DNA of 64,000 nucleotides, from assembly GCA_963845245.1 (NCBI GenBank), contig CAWJRJ010000025.1, positions 1 through 64,000 of the forward strand. The letters are read 5' to 3'. Source of the DNA: Nitrospirota bacterium. Its GTDB lineage: Bacteria; Nitrospirota; JACRHJ01. Of the stretch, positions 22,121 to 32,129 are shown piece after piece; the first letter of the stretch is position 1; the number at the start of each line of letters is the position of its first letter. The position numbers and the translations under genes were made by a program. A model generated the notes under the pieces. The model did not search any database. It was not told the DNA's origin and saw nothing but the letters and a program-made list of their open reading frames with translations.

Positions 22121-23218
22121 GTGAAAATGAAAACTCTTTTAGCCGGAGCAATGCTGGCGGTTGTCTTTGTGACTGCAGTCCCGTCCTTTGCGCGGGCAGA
22201 CGCAAACCAGATATATCTTGACGGCCTGTCATTCTACCAGGAGGGCAAATACACTGAGGCCGAACGGATGTTCATGGAGGCCCTTGGGCAGGATCCGCGT
22301 CATCTCTCCTCGCTCTTCATGATGGGCGAAACACTTTCAAAGGACATCAGGAAACTTAGAGAAGCCGAGGGCTGGTATAAGAAGGCGCTAAGGATAGGCG
22401 AGAAGGACAAGGTCTATTCCGCCAAGCTCAGGTATTCCCTGGGCGTCCTTTACATGGAAATGGGACAGTATGAGGAGTCGATAAAGCAGTTCTCGGAATT
22501 GGCAACGCAATCGCCTAACTATTACGACCTGCCAAAAGTCTACAACCACATGGGTGTCGCGAGTTACCACCTTGACCGGCACGACGAGGCCCTTGAATAT
22601 TTCAAGCACGCCCTGAAGCTGGACCCTACCCTCCGGGAGGCGACATTCAACATGAAGACGCTCCAGGCCCAGCTCGCGCTTATAAATACCGGGCGCTACT
22701 ACGAGAGGATGGGGGACGACAAGGCTGCCTCCGAGCAGTACGCGAAGGCTGTTGATGCGTACCCGAACTACGTGGCGGCCTGGTACCATTGGGGCCTCAG
22801 CGCACTGAAAAAGAAGGAATATGCAAACGCAGTAAAGCGCCTTAAAAGGGCATACGTGATAAACCCGGGCTACATGGGCGGCAAGGAAGTACCCTACCAG
22901 CTTGCCGCTGCCTATCGCGGCCGGAAAGAAGATGGTGACTTGGACGAGGCGCTTGTAATCTACCGCAAAAACCCGCAGTATAAAGACTCCACCCTGAGCG
23001 TGGGGGTGGTGCTCCTGGAGCAGGGGCAGCTTGACCAGGCCGAAACCGAACTTAATGCAGCGGCGATGGACGGCGAGGACAAGAAGGCCCAGGCCGAGGC
23101 CTGCTACCAGCTTGGCAGGCTGTATCAATTAAAAGGCGACAAACAGAATGCTGCCGTATACAACAAAAAAGCGCAGGAGTTTGCTCCCGGCGAGGACAAA
23201 TACAAACATCTCCCCTAG
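22121..23218 (+). CDS. Exported TPR-repeat protein
   Basis: Signal peptide; multiple TPR consensus repeats (YSLGVLY, YNHMGVA, ALKLDP). Confidence 0.85.
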   Translation: MKMKTLLAGAMLAVVFVTAVPSFARADANQIYLDGLSFYQEGKYTEAERMFMEALGQDPRHLSSLFMMGETLSKDIRKLREAEGWYKKALRIGEKDKVYSAKLRYSLGVLYMEMGQYEESIKQFSELATQSPNYYDLPKVYNHMGVASYHLDRHDEALEYFKHALKLDPTLREATFNMKTLQAQLALINTGRYYERMGDDKAASEQYAKAVDAYPNYVAAWYHWGLSALKKKEYANAVKRLKRAYVINPGYMGGKEVPYQLAAAYRGRKEDGDLDEALVIYRKNPQYKDSTLSVGVVLLEQGQLDQAETELNAAAMDGEDKKAQAEACYQLGRLYQLKGDKQNAAVYNKKAQEFAPGEDKYKHLP

Positions 23219-23341
23219 TAGATTTAATTCAGATTCCGGCCTGTGAGTGCCCCTTCTTCCCTCATTTATGATAAAATAATTATATAGGTAAGTAGACTGA
23301 AGGATAGGGCTGAGCTGGCCTTTTAAAGAAGGAGATGTAAT

Positions 23342-23830
23342 ATGTCAAGTACAGCAAGCATTGCAAAGCATCCGATACACCCTATGCTGATAACCTTTCC
23401 AGTAGGGCTTTGGATCTTCTCGTTGGTCTGCGACATAATATATGCGGTAACTGGCGGCTTGGTGTGGAGCGTGGTAGCGTTCTATGCCATTGGGGGCGGC
23501 ATTATAGGCGCTCTGCTTGCCGCAATACCCGGGTTGATCGACCTGTTAACGATGCCATCGTCGGCCAAGAAGGCGCGGACGGTCGGTATCTGGCACATGA
23601 GCCTCAACCTCGCGGCTGTCGTATTGTTCGCGATCAACTTCTACCTTAGGGCCACCACAGTGCCCGGAGCGGTAGCACCGTTTGTGCTTTCCATTGTGGG
23701 CGTCGGGGTGATTCTCGTGTCTGGATGGCTGGGTGGAGAGCTGGTGCACGTACTCGGGGTCACGATGGAAAGGGAGAGAGAGGCCGAAAAGGTGACTGAA
23801 GAAAGACGAGACCTTAAGAAGGCTGCGTAA
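23342..23830 (+). CDS. DUF2231-family membrane protein
   Basis: HPIHPMLITFPVGL, A.PGLID, H...N, SGWLGGELV. Confidence 0.85.
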   Translation: MSSTASIAKHPIHPMLITFPVGLWIFSLVCDIIYAVTGGLVWSVVAFYAIGGGIIGALLAAIPGLIDLLTMPSSAKKARTVGIWHMSLNLAAVVLFAINFYLRATTVPGAVAPFVLSIVGVGVILVSGWLGGELVHVLGVTMEREREAEKVTEERRDLKKAA

Positions 23831-23835
23831 AATTA

Positions 23836-23865
23836 AAAGGGCCGGCATCTCGCCGGCCCTTTTTT
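23836..23865. terminator. Bidirectional intrinsic terminator
   Basis: AAAAGGGCCGGC-atctc-GCCGGCCCTTTTTT between convergent genes. Confidence 0.8.
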
Positions 23866-23883
23866 AATATCAATAAGAATGTT

Positions 23884-25356
23884 CTATTTTGGTTCCGGTG
23901 AACAGAACATCTCGACTGCGTAACGGTTCTGCGCCCTGCCCTCAGGTGTAGAGTTGTCCGCGATCGGCCTTGTCTTGCCGAGCGCCCTTGTCTTGATCCT
24001 GTTCTCTGGTACATTGTATTTCTCGACAAGGTACTTCTTTACCGCGTCAGCCCTCTTCTGGGAGAGTTTCATATTGTAGGCTTCGGAGCCCTTGCCGTCC
24101 GCATAGCCCTCTACGGTGCCTATCTCGGTCGGGTGTTCGTTCATGTAGTCGGCCACCCTCTTGATTTCGGAATCGTATATGGGTTTGATTTCCGCGCTTC
24201 CGGAGTCGAACTCCACCTTCATACCGATGCAGTACTGCGCCAGGGGCGGTTCCGGGAGATCCCCTTCGAGCGAGCAGTAGACGCGCACCGCGCGGCGGTT
24301 GAGCTGCCTGCCTTCCTCGGTGAGGTTGGTGGTGATGGGCTTGTCTTTGCCTTCGCCGACTGCCCTGAGCCTGTCCGCAGCAATGCCGAAGTTGTCCACC
24401 AGATAGTTTTTCACGCTGTCTGCGCGCCTCTGTGAGAGGCCGATGTTGTACTCCTCTGAGCCGACTGCATCGGTGTTTCCTACAATTGCGCCTTTGAAGG
24501 TCGGGTTGGCCTTCAGGAAGTCGGCCACCCTCTGTATGTCGTCGTGGTACTCGGGCTTGATGTCCGACTTGTCGAAGTCGAAGAGTACCTTAAGCTCGAT
24601 ACATACGTTTTTTTGGGGTGCCGGGGGCGTTGGCGTTGGCGGTGGTGTAACAGCTACAGGAGCCGGAACAGGCGGTGGCGGTGGCGTAACAGCTACCGGT
24701 GCGGGTGCAGGCCTGTCGCCGCCAATGTAATAGGTAAGGCCGGCGGTATACATGAGGTTGTTCTCGCCCTCGTTGAACGCTAAAACGTGGCGGACGTCGG
24801 TGCGGAACGCGAGGTTCTCGCTCAGGAAGTACTGGACGCCCGCGCCGTAGTCGAAGAATCCGGTCGAATCACCAGGGCCCTTGGCCGGGTCAAGCTGAAG
24901 GATACCGCCACCCAAGGCCACGAACGGTACGAGCTTGCCGGTCGGGTTGAAGTGGTAGAGGCCCTCGATCCCGTAGAGGTAGCCGTTAACGCGTCCCCTG
25001 TACGGGTCGTCAGACGGACCCGTGCTGAGAAATGCGCCGTCAGTTGACCTGCTGTATCCGCTCGGGGTTGGGGTTGGGGTGGGGGTTGGGGTTGGGGTGG
25101 GGTTATCGGTTTTCCTTCCGGCGTTGATATACCCGAATGTGCCTTCAACGCTGATGTGGTCGGTGACGACGTAGCCCATTCTGAGGCCGGTCATGAAATT
25201 GTTGGTCCTCAGGCGCTGGTCGCCCTCAAAGAGGTAGCCGCCTGCGAACGGGCTGACTGTCACCGCCCCCTGCCTGACCTCCGCGAACGCCGTCGTGGCT
25301 GTAAGTAAAACAAGAAATACCGCTGACGCATAAAAGAATTGCCTTGCGACCTTCAT
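23884..25356 (-). CDS. OmpA/OprF-like protein: beta-barrel, Pro linker, two OmpA peptidoglycan-binding domains (paralog 1)
   Basis: Signal, 8-strand-type barrel, FDFDKSDIK...GNTDAVG...LSQRRADSV...NRR, then a second GYAD...LSQKRADAV...NR domain. Confidence 0.9.
   Translation of the reverse strand: MKVARQFFYASAVFLVLLTATTAFAEVRQGAVTVSPFAGGYLFEGDQRLRTNNFMTGLRMGYVVTDHISVEGTFGYINAGRKTDNPTPTPTPTPTPTPSGYSRSTDGAFLSTGPSDDPYRGRVNGYLYGIEGLYHFNPTGKLVPFVALGGGILQLDPAKGPGDSTGFFDYGAGVQYFLSENLAFRTDVRHVLAFNEGENNLMYTAGLTYYIGGDRPAPAPVAVTPPPPPVPAPVAVTPPPTPTPPAPQKNVCIELKVLFDFDKSDIKPEYHDDIQRVADFLKANPTFKGAIVGNTDAVGSEEYNIGLSQRRADSVKNYLVDNFGIAADRLRAVGEGKDKPITTNLTEEGRQLNRRAVRVYCSLEGDLPEPPLAQYCIGMKVEFDSGSAEIKPIYDSEIKRVADYMNEHPTEIGTVEGYADGKGSEAYNMKLSQKRADAVKKYLVEKYNVPENRIKTRALGKTRPIADNSTPEGRAQNRYAVEMFCSPEPK
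25064..25104 (+). repeat. (GGGGTT)n-like hexamer microsatellite encoding (PT)n
   Basis: About 7 G4-5 runs; absent at the equivalent position in paralog 2. Confidence 0.85.
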
Positions 25357-25494
25357 GCTCGTCCTCCTTAGTTAAGGTTGTATTGCGTGTGTATTGCGTG
25401 GGTTTACGAAAAGAACATATAGCAGGATTAGATAAAATATACCATGCGACTTAAAAAATGTCCAGAAAAGCCGGTGTATTATGACAAGAACCTT

Positions 25495-25538
25495 TAAAAT
25501 AAGAAAAGGCCGGCATATGCCGGCCTTTTCTTATTTTA
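25495..25538. terminator. Terminator of ompA paralog 2; perfect 44-bp palindrome
   Basis: TAAAATAAGAAAAGGCCGGCAT|ATGCCGGCCTTTTCTTATTTTA. Confidence 0.8.
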
Positions 25539-25554
25539 TAATGCTGTTATATTT

Positions 25555-27002
25555 TTACTCAGGCTCGCAGATCATCTGGACGGCGTAGCGGTTCCCCGCC
25601 CTGCCTTCAACCGTCTCGTTGGTATTTATTGGTCTTTCCTTGCCGTATCCCTCGGCCCTAAGCCTGTTGGCCGGAACACCGTACTTTTCTACAAGGACCT
25701 TCTTGACGTTCTCCGCACGCTTCATGGTAAGGTCCATGTTTAGCTGAGCGGTGCCAGATGCGTCGGCGTATCCTTCTACCGTCCCGACAAAGTCGGGGTG
25801 GGCTTTCATGTAGTCGGCAATCTCTTTAAAGGCGTCCGCGTACTTTTCCGGATCGACTTTGGAGCTGCCAACCGCAAAATCTACTTTGAGCACGATGCAT
25901 TTCTGCGCCAAAGGAGGCGGAGGCGCGTCCTCGCCGGAGGAACAGTATACGCGTACAGCGCGGCGGTTTATCTGCCTGCCCTCCGCAGTCAGGTTCGTCG
26001 CAATCGGCTTGACCTTGCCATAGCCAACCGTCTTGAGTCTGGCGGAGTCTATGCCGAAGTTGTCCACGAGGTACTTCTTCACGCTGTCTGCGCGCCTCAA
26101 TGAGAGGCCCAGGTTGTAATCTTCCGAACCGACCGCGTCAGTGCCGCCCTCTATCGTGCCGTGGAACGTCGGGTTGGCCTTCAGGAAGTCGGCCACCCTC
26201 TGTATGTCGTCGTGGTACTCGGGCTTGATGTCATCCTTGTCGAAATCAAACTCCACCTTCAGGTCTATGCAGACATTTTCCTGCTTCTTGGGCGCAGGCG
26301 GTGGTGGCGGAGCAGGAGCTTCGGCCTTCTCCACTGGTGGCGGCGGTGTAACCGCTACCGGTGCGGGTGCAGGCCTGTTGCCGCCAATGTAATAGGTAAG
26401 GCCGGCGGTATACATGAGGTTGTTCTCGCCCTCGTTAAACGCTAAAACGTGGCGGACGTCGGTGCGGAACGCGAGGTTCTCGCTCAGGAAGTACTGGACG
26501 CCCGCGCCGTAGTCGAAGAATCCGGTCGAATCACCAGGGCCCTTGGCCGGGTCAAGCTGAAGGATGCCGCCACCCAAGGCCACGAACGGGACGAGCTTGC
26601 CGGTCGGGTTGAAGTGGTAGAGGCCCTCGATCCTGTATAGGTAGCCGTTAACGCGTCCCCTGTAAGGGTCGTCACCAGGGCCCGGATCAAGGAAGGTGCC
26701 GTTCACGGACTTGCCACCTGTCTCTACCCTATCGAAAAAGGTTGGTTCCTCGACCTTCCTGGCTCCGTTTATGTAGCCGAAGACGCCCTCAACCCCAATG
26801 TGGTCGGTGATGAGATAGCCCACACCCAGGCCGGCCATGAAGTTGTTGGTCCTGAGGCCCTGGTCTCCCTCAAAGAGGTAGCCGCCGACGAACGGGCTAA
26901 CTGTTACCGCCCCCTGCCTGACCTCCGCGAACGCCGACGTGGATGTGAGTTAATAACAAGAAATACCGCTGCCGCATAAAAAAATTGCCTTGCAACCTTC
27001 AT
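25555..27002 (-). CDS. OmpA/OprF-like protein with two OmpA domains (paralog 2; indel in the signal peptide near 26950)
   Basis: True start MKVARQFFYA at 27002 matches paralog 1; same architecture. Confidence 0.88.
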
Positions 27003-27199
27003 GCTGGTCCTCCTTGTTAAGGTTGTATTGCTTTGTATTGCGGCTTATGAAAAGAACATATTGCAAGATTAGATAAAATATACCATGTGACTTTAAAACT
27101 GTCCAGGAAGGCTGACGTTTTTATGTCCTGAGCCTTTGCCATTGACAATACGCGTCCCTTAATGCTATAAAATTAGGTAACAGAAACAGGAGTAAAGCC

Positions 27200-27928
27200 A
27201 TGAAAAAATTTATGTTTACGGTTTTAGCCTTATATGCCCTCGCATTTTGGGGATGTGCTACCCCGGCAAAAAAGGTGGAGGCCGAAAAGCCGAAGCCCAG
27301 CCATGAATACACTCCGGCCCCGGAGCCCAACCCGAACGAGGCGGCGGTATTCGGGAAGGTGACGCTCACGGAGACGGTAATCGAAAGGGCCCTGCCCGTA
27401 AAGGATCAGGACGCGGTCCTTTACATGAGCGTGGAAGGTAAGAACATGACTTTGAAGATATCATGTTCGGACGCAGGCGAGTTCGGGGTGTATCTGCCTC
27501 CCGGAAGCTACAGGGTTGTGAAGATCGTCGCGGGCGACTTCAAGTTCACTTCGGACTTCGAGCTGAATGTGCCTGCCGACAAGAAGGCGGTTTATGCGGG
27601 CACTCTGGTCCTTGACGGTGAGGTGGCCGGCGTGGATACAGCCACTGGCAAATCCAAATTTGCCTATTCGGTATTGGACGAGCAGAAGGAGTATGAGGCG
27701 CGCATCAGGAAGGCGCTGCCGGGAGTTGACGTGGCGTTTTACAAGTCACTGTTTACACCAAGGGGCGGCATCATGACCTCCCATAACCCGTCCAGGGTAC
27801 ACCGCGCCAAGGATGTGGAGAATGACCTTCGCGCACGCACGGATGCTGTCGAGGAGGTTGCGGGAGGCGTGGTCAAGTCGATCAGCTACATTGTAAACCC
27901 CGTCTGGTTATTCACCGTAGGTCAGTAA
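27200..27928 (+). CDS. Hypothetical lipoprotein
   Basis: Signal with FWGC lipobox-like motif; RBS AGGAG. Confidence 0.7.
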   Translation: MKKFMFTVLALYALAFWGCATPAKKVEAEKPKPSHEYTPAPEPNPNEAAVFGKVTLTETVIERALPVKDQDAVLYMSVEGKNMTLKISCSDAGEFGVYLPPGSYRVVKIVAGDFKFTSDFELNVPADKKAVYAGTLVLDGEVAGVDTATGKSKFAYSVLDEQKEYEARIRKALPGVDVAFYKSLFTPRGGIMTSHNPSRVHRAKDVENDLRARTDAVEEVAGGVVKSISYIVNPVWLFTVGQ

Positions 27929-27937
27929 AAGGGCGAA

Positions 27938-29322
27938 ATGGGCTTTAGAATTGAGAAGGATTCAATGGGTGAGGTGCGTGTGCCGGAAGACGCCTACTGG
28001 GGCGTCCAGACGCAGCGCGCTGTGGAGAACTTCCCGGTGTCCGGCCTCCACGCCAACCCGAAGCTGATATGGGCCACTGCGGCCGTGAAGCGCGCCGCAG
28101 CCCTTACCAACCGCGACATGGGCAAGCTGGACTCCGAGCTTTGCGAGCTTATAGTGAAGGCCGCGACAGAGGTCATGGAAGGGAAGTTCGACGACCAGTT
28201 CGTCGTGGACGTCTTCCAGGCCGGGGCGGGCACCTCGCACAACATGAACACCAACGAGGTGATAGCCAACCGAGTGCTCGAGATGATGGGCCGTCCGCGC
28301 GGCGACTATGCCGGGTGCAGCCCGAACGACCACGTCAACATGTCCCAGTCCACCAACGACGTGTTCCCCACCGCCATGCGCATCGCGGGCATCGCGCTCA
28401 TAATCGAGCTGATCTCGGAGGTGCAGGAGCTTGCAGCGTCTTTCAGGCGCAAGTCCACAGAGTTCGACGGGGTGCTGAAGTCCGCACGCACGCACCTTCA
28501 GGATGCAGTGCCAATACGCCTGGGCCAGGAGTTCTCCGGCTACACGATGGCCGTCGAGAAGATGGTCGCAAGGCTCATGGCTGCGATCGGCGAACTTGGC
28601 GAGCTTGGCATTGGCGGCACTGCGGCGGGCACGGGAATGAACTCCGGGCGCGACTACGTCCCATTCATGATAAACCACCTGCGCGAGATAACGGGTTTCG
28701 ACCTGCGCGCCTGCCCCAACCTGTTCTACGCGATGCAGAGCCAGACGCCGATGCTTGCCGCGTCCGGGGCGCTCCGCAATATGTCGATGGACTTGATAAG
28801 GATCGCCAACGACCTGCGGCTGCTCTCCTCCGGCCCGCTCACCGGCCTTGCGGAGATAACGCTCCCGCCGGTGCAGCCCGGCTCTTCCATCATGCCCGGC
28901 AAGGTGAACCCCGTCATGGCGGAGATGCTCGACATGGTCTGCTTCCAGGTGGCCGGGAACGACCAGGCCATAATGCTTGCGGTGCAGGCGGGCCAGCTTG
29001 GAGCTTAAACGTGATGATGCCGGTCATGGCGCACAACCTGCTCTCCTCCGCCGGGATACTGAAGAACTCCATCCACGTCTTCCGTGAGAAGTGCGTTGAC
29101 GGCATCACGGTCAACGAGGAACGCTGCAGGTTCTACGTGGACAAAAGCCTGGGCATCGCCACGGCGCTTAACCCGTTCATCGGCTACATGAAGGCGGCCG
29201 AGGTGGCCAAAGAGGCTTTAAAGTCTGGAAAATCCGTCCGCGAGCTTGTCCTTGAGAAGGGGTATCTCACCGAGGCTGAGATGAACAAGGCACTCGACCC
29301 GATGAGGCTTACGGAGCCGTAG
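27938..29322 (+). CDS. Aspartate ammonia-lyase / class II fumarase family (indel near 29003)
   Basis: RIEKDSMG, QTQRA.ENF, GAGTSHNMNTNE, QSTND, RTHLQDA, GSSIMPGKVNP. Confidence 0.92.
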
Positions 29323-29353
29323 GAATTATATTTTAAAAGGCATTATATCTTTC

Positions 29354-29385
29354 TAAGCCCTGGCAAATCTGCCGGGGCTTTTTTG
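29354..29385 (+). terminator. Intrinsic terminator
   Basis: AAGCCCTGGCA-aatc-TGCCGGGGCTTTTTT. Confidence 0.75.
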
Positions 29386-29404
29386 TTTTAATTTCTGAAT
29401 GCAC

Positions 29405-29433
29405 TTGACAAAGTATGACCGCTTGTATACGAT
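29405..29433 (+). promoter_or_regulatory. Sigma70 promoter TTGACA-N17-TACGAT
   Basis: Near-consensus boxes, followed by GGAGG and the ATG at 29459. Confidence 0.6.
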
Positions 29434-29458
29434 CCGATCCACAAAACGGAGGGTCGCA

Positions 29459-30049
29459 ATGGAACGTTATTACGGTATTGTTTTTGAGTGGATGGGTGTC
29501 AAAGAAATTCTTGTTGACTACAAAAACAGTGCCGAAGAATTTTATCATATGATGGACCTACGTCTCGGCTCATTACACCCTGAATTTGTTGTACTTGATG
29601 ACGAAGGTATGCGCAATTTGACACGAGTCATATACAAAGCACTTGGCAGTATCGGCGTAGAAATGAGCCTGAAAGATTTCGACGATATAATCGACTCCGT
29701 CGAGGACAGTGGCTTTATGCTCATGGCCCAGGACTACGGCTGTGATGATAGGGATTTTACCGAAGTATCCGACGACAGGAAAGACAGTGCCTTTTGGCCT
29801 GACTGTGCGCGTGATTATAATCTGCAACTCTGGAGAAACGTAAATTCAAGGGGCGGAGGCTGTTGGGACAAAATCGGTTTCTCGGTGGAGGACGTCATGG
29901 ACGTCGCAGGCTGCACCAGTGAAGAAGCAGAAGAATGGATTCGACGCCACCGGGAAGACATCCTTGCGAACTACCGGGAACACGCCAGGAGTGAACTCAA
30001 ATGGTTTCTTTCTGAGGGGTTCCCCCTTAAAGACGAATTCCCATCTTGA
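29459..30049 (+). CDS. Acidic hypothetical protein (196 aa)
   Basis: Promoter and RBS present; no family recognised; lower GC than flanks. Confidence 0.65.
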   Translation: MERYYGIVFEWMGVKEILVDYKNSAEEFYHMMDLRLGSLHPEFVVLDDEGMRNLTRVIYKALGSIGVEMSLKDFDDIIDSVEDSGFMLMAQDYGCDDRDFTEVSDDRKDSAFWPDCARDYNLQLWRNVNSRGGGCWDKIGFSVEDVMDVAGCTSEEAEEWIRRHREDILANYREHARSELKWFLSEGFPLKDEFPS

Positions 30050-30081
30050 AGTAGATTGGCAAAGCATGTATACTGCACTTC

Positions 30082-30850
30082 ATGCTCAACCTTTTCGACC
30101 CGCAAGTTTTCGAGCGATACAAAAGCCCGACGCAGCGCATCCGGGTTATGAGCGAGGCATGGTTTGAGCGCCGGATGTTCTGTCCCGCTTGCAACTCTGA
30201 CAGTCTTAATGTTTACCCCAACAATCGTGCAGTGCTTGATTTCTTCTGCCCTTCCTGCGACGAAAAATATCAACTCAAGAGCCAGTCGAAAGAGATAAAA
30301 GGCACGGTGACGGATGGCGCATACGGGACGATGATTGACGCGGTCAGGTCAGGCAGAGTCCCCAACTTCTTCTTCCTACACTACCGGATGGATGACTATA
30401 CCATCCAAAACCTCTTACTTGTACCACGGTTCTTTTTTTCCGAATCGATAATTCAAAAACGGAACCCACTGTCCGATACCGCACGCCGTGCGGGATGGAC
30501 AGGGCTGCAACCTCCTGTTTAAAAACCTCGCAGAAGAAGGTAAAATAAGGGTAATCGATTCATGTAGCGAACTGCCTAAAGAGGTGGTAAGGGAGTCATG
30601 GAAAAAAGTTGGCTTCCTTCAGGAATTAAATCAGGCTAAAATAGGCTGGCTTAACGACATAATCTGGTGCATAGACAAAGTCGGGAAAACCGAGTTCAGC
30701 CTTAATGAAATTTATCCGTTTGAAAGCCACCTTAAGAGCTTGCACCCTGAAAACAACAATATCCAGCCAAAGATTAGACAGCAGCTTCAAGTCCTACGCG
30801 ACAAGGGTTTCTTGACTTTCATCGGCCCCGGCAGGTACAGGAGGAGATAA
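30082..30850 (+). CDS. DpnI/Dam-replacing (DRP) family methyl-directed restriction endonuclease (indel near 30505)
   Basis: YKS.TQ.IRV.SE.W, CPAC..CPSC zinc site, YQLKS, DGAY.TM, PNFFFLHY, PLS.TARRAGW.GCN, C-terminal winged helix KIRQQLQVLRDKG. Confidence 0.9.
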
Positions 30851-30892
30851 GATGCTCCTCTTCCTCGGCGACTCCCTCACAGATGAAAGAAA

Positions 30893-32059
30893 TCAGGGAG
30901 TACCTTTAGCCGCCTTTTCGAACATCTCCACCGCAAAGTCCAGGTCCTTCTTCGTATGCGCCGCAGACACCATGCAGCGTATCCGCGCCTTGCCTTCCGG
31001 CACGGTGGGGAAGCCTATCGCCTGCGCGAAGACGCCCTCCTCGAAAAGCCTGCGTGAAAGCTCGCGCGCACGTTTGACGTCACCGATGATGACGGGCGTG
31101 ATGGGCGTGACGGTGCGGCCTGTGTCGAAGCCGAGCTTCAGCATTTTAGACTGGAAGTAGCGCGCATTCTCCCACAGTTTTTCTACAAGCCCGCTGCCGG
31201 ACTCCAGTATGTCCACGGCGGCGATGCATGCGGCGACGTCCGCAGCGGGCGTGGCGGATGAGAACAGGAACGGGCGCGCCTTCTGCCGGAGGAAATCGAT
31301 CACCTTCTTTTTACCAGCGACATATCCGCCCACGACCCCGAAGGCCTTCGACAGCGTGCCGACTTCGATGTCGACACGGCCTTCCAGCCCGAAGTGGTCT
31401 GCCACACCGCGTCCGCCGCGTCCAAGCACGCCCTCGCCGTGCGCGTCGTCCACCATAACGATGGCGCTGTATTTTTCAGCCACCTCGACTATATCCGGTA
31501 GCGGGGCGATGTCGCCGTCCATGCTGAACACGCCGTCCGTTATCACCAGCTTCTTTTCAGCGAGCGAGTTGTGAAGTTTCTCTTCAAGGCTTGCCGGGTC
31601 TGCGTGCGTGAAGCGGGTGATCTTGGCCCGTGACAGGCGGCAGCCGTCTATGATGCTTGCGTGGTTAAGCTCGTCGGAGAAGACCTCGTCGCCCTCGCCC
31701 ACGAGCGACTGTATGACGGAGAGGTTCGCCATGAAGCCGGACTGGAGCATAAGCGTCGCTTCTACATCCTTGAACCTGGCAAGGCGCGCTTCGAGCTCGG
31801 CGTGCAGGGTCAGCGTCCCCGCAATGGAACGCACTGCGGCGGGCCCTGTGCCGTATGTGTCGATGGCATGTTTCGCCGCGTCCTTAAGCCTTTCGTCAGA
31901 AGCGAGGCCCAGGTAGTTGTTAGAGCAGAGGTTCAGGACGCGCCTACCGTCGGCGACGATCCACGCGCCCTGCGCCGAGCCTATCTCGCGTATGAAATTA
32001 AAAAGCCCGGCATCTTTCAGGCGGGCGAGCTCATCGTCTATAAATTTATATTTATCCAA
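30893..32059 (-). CDS. kbl: Glycine C-acetyltransferase (2-amino-3-ketobutyrate CoA ligase)
   Basis: [42 protein letters not shown]; adjacent to tdh. Confidence 0.88.
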   Translation of the reverse strand: MDKYKFIDDELARLKDAGLFNFIREIGSAQGAWIVADGRRVLNLCSNNYLGLASDERLKDAAKHAIDTYGTGPAAVRSIAGTLTLHAELEARLARFKDVEATLMLQSGFMANLSVIQSLVGEGDEVFSDELNHASIIDGCRLSRAKITRFTHADPASLEEKLHNSLAEKKLVITDGVFSMDGDIAPLPDIVEVAEKYSAIVMVDDAHGEGVLGRGGRGVADHFGLEGRVDIEVGTLSKAFGVVGGYVAGKKKVIDFLRQKARPFLFSSATPAADVAACIAAVDILESGSGLVEKLWENARYFQSKMLKLGFDTGRTVTPITPVIIGDVKRARELSRRLFEEGVFAQAIGFPTVPEGKARIRCMVSAAHTKKDLDFAVEMFEKAAKGTP

Positions 32060-32074
32060 GGAATCACCCTCACC

Positions 32075-32126
32075 CACCCTTCGGGTCCCCCCTCCCCCGC
32101 CAGTGGGGAGGGTTTAAGGGAAGGGT
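32075..32126. repeat. CCCTCCCC...GGGGAGGG REP-like palindrome (single copy in window)
   Basis: acccttc..ccctccccc-gccagt-ggggaggg..gaagggt nested stems between tdh and kbl. Confidence 0.45.
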
Positions 32127-32129
32127 TTA

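Noticed and set aside
25064..25104. Telomere-like TTGGGG repeat as eukaryotic contamination
   Set aside because: It is in frame inside a bacterial ORF with continuous homology on both sides.
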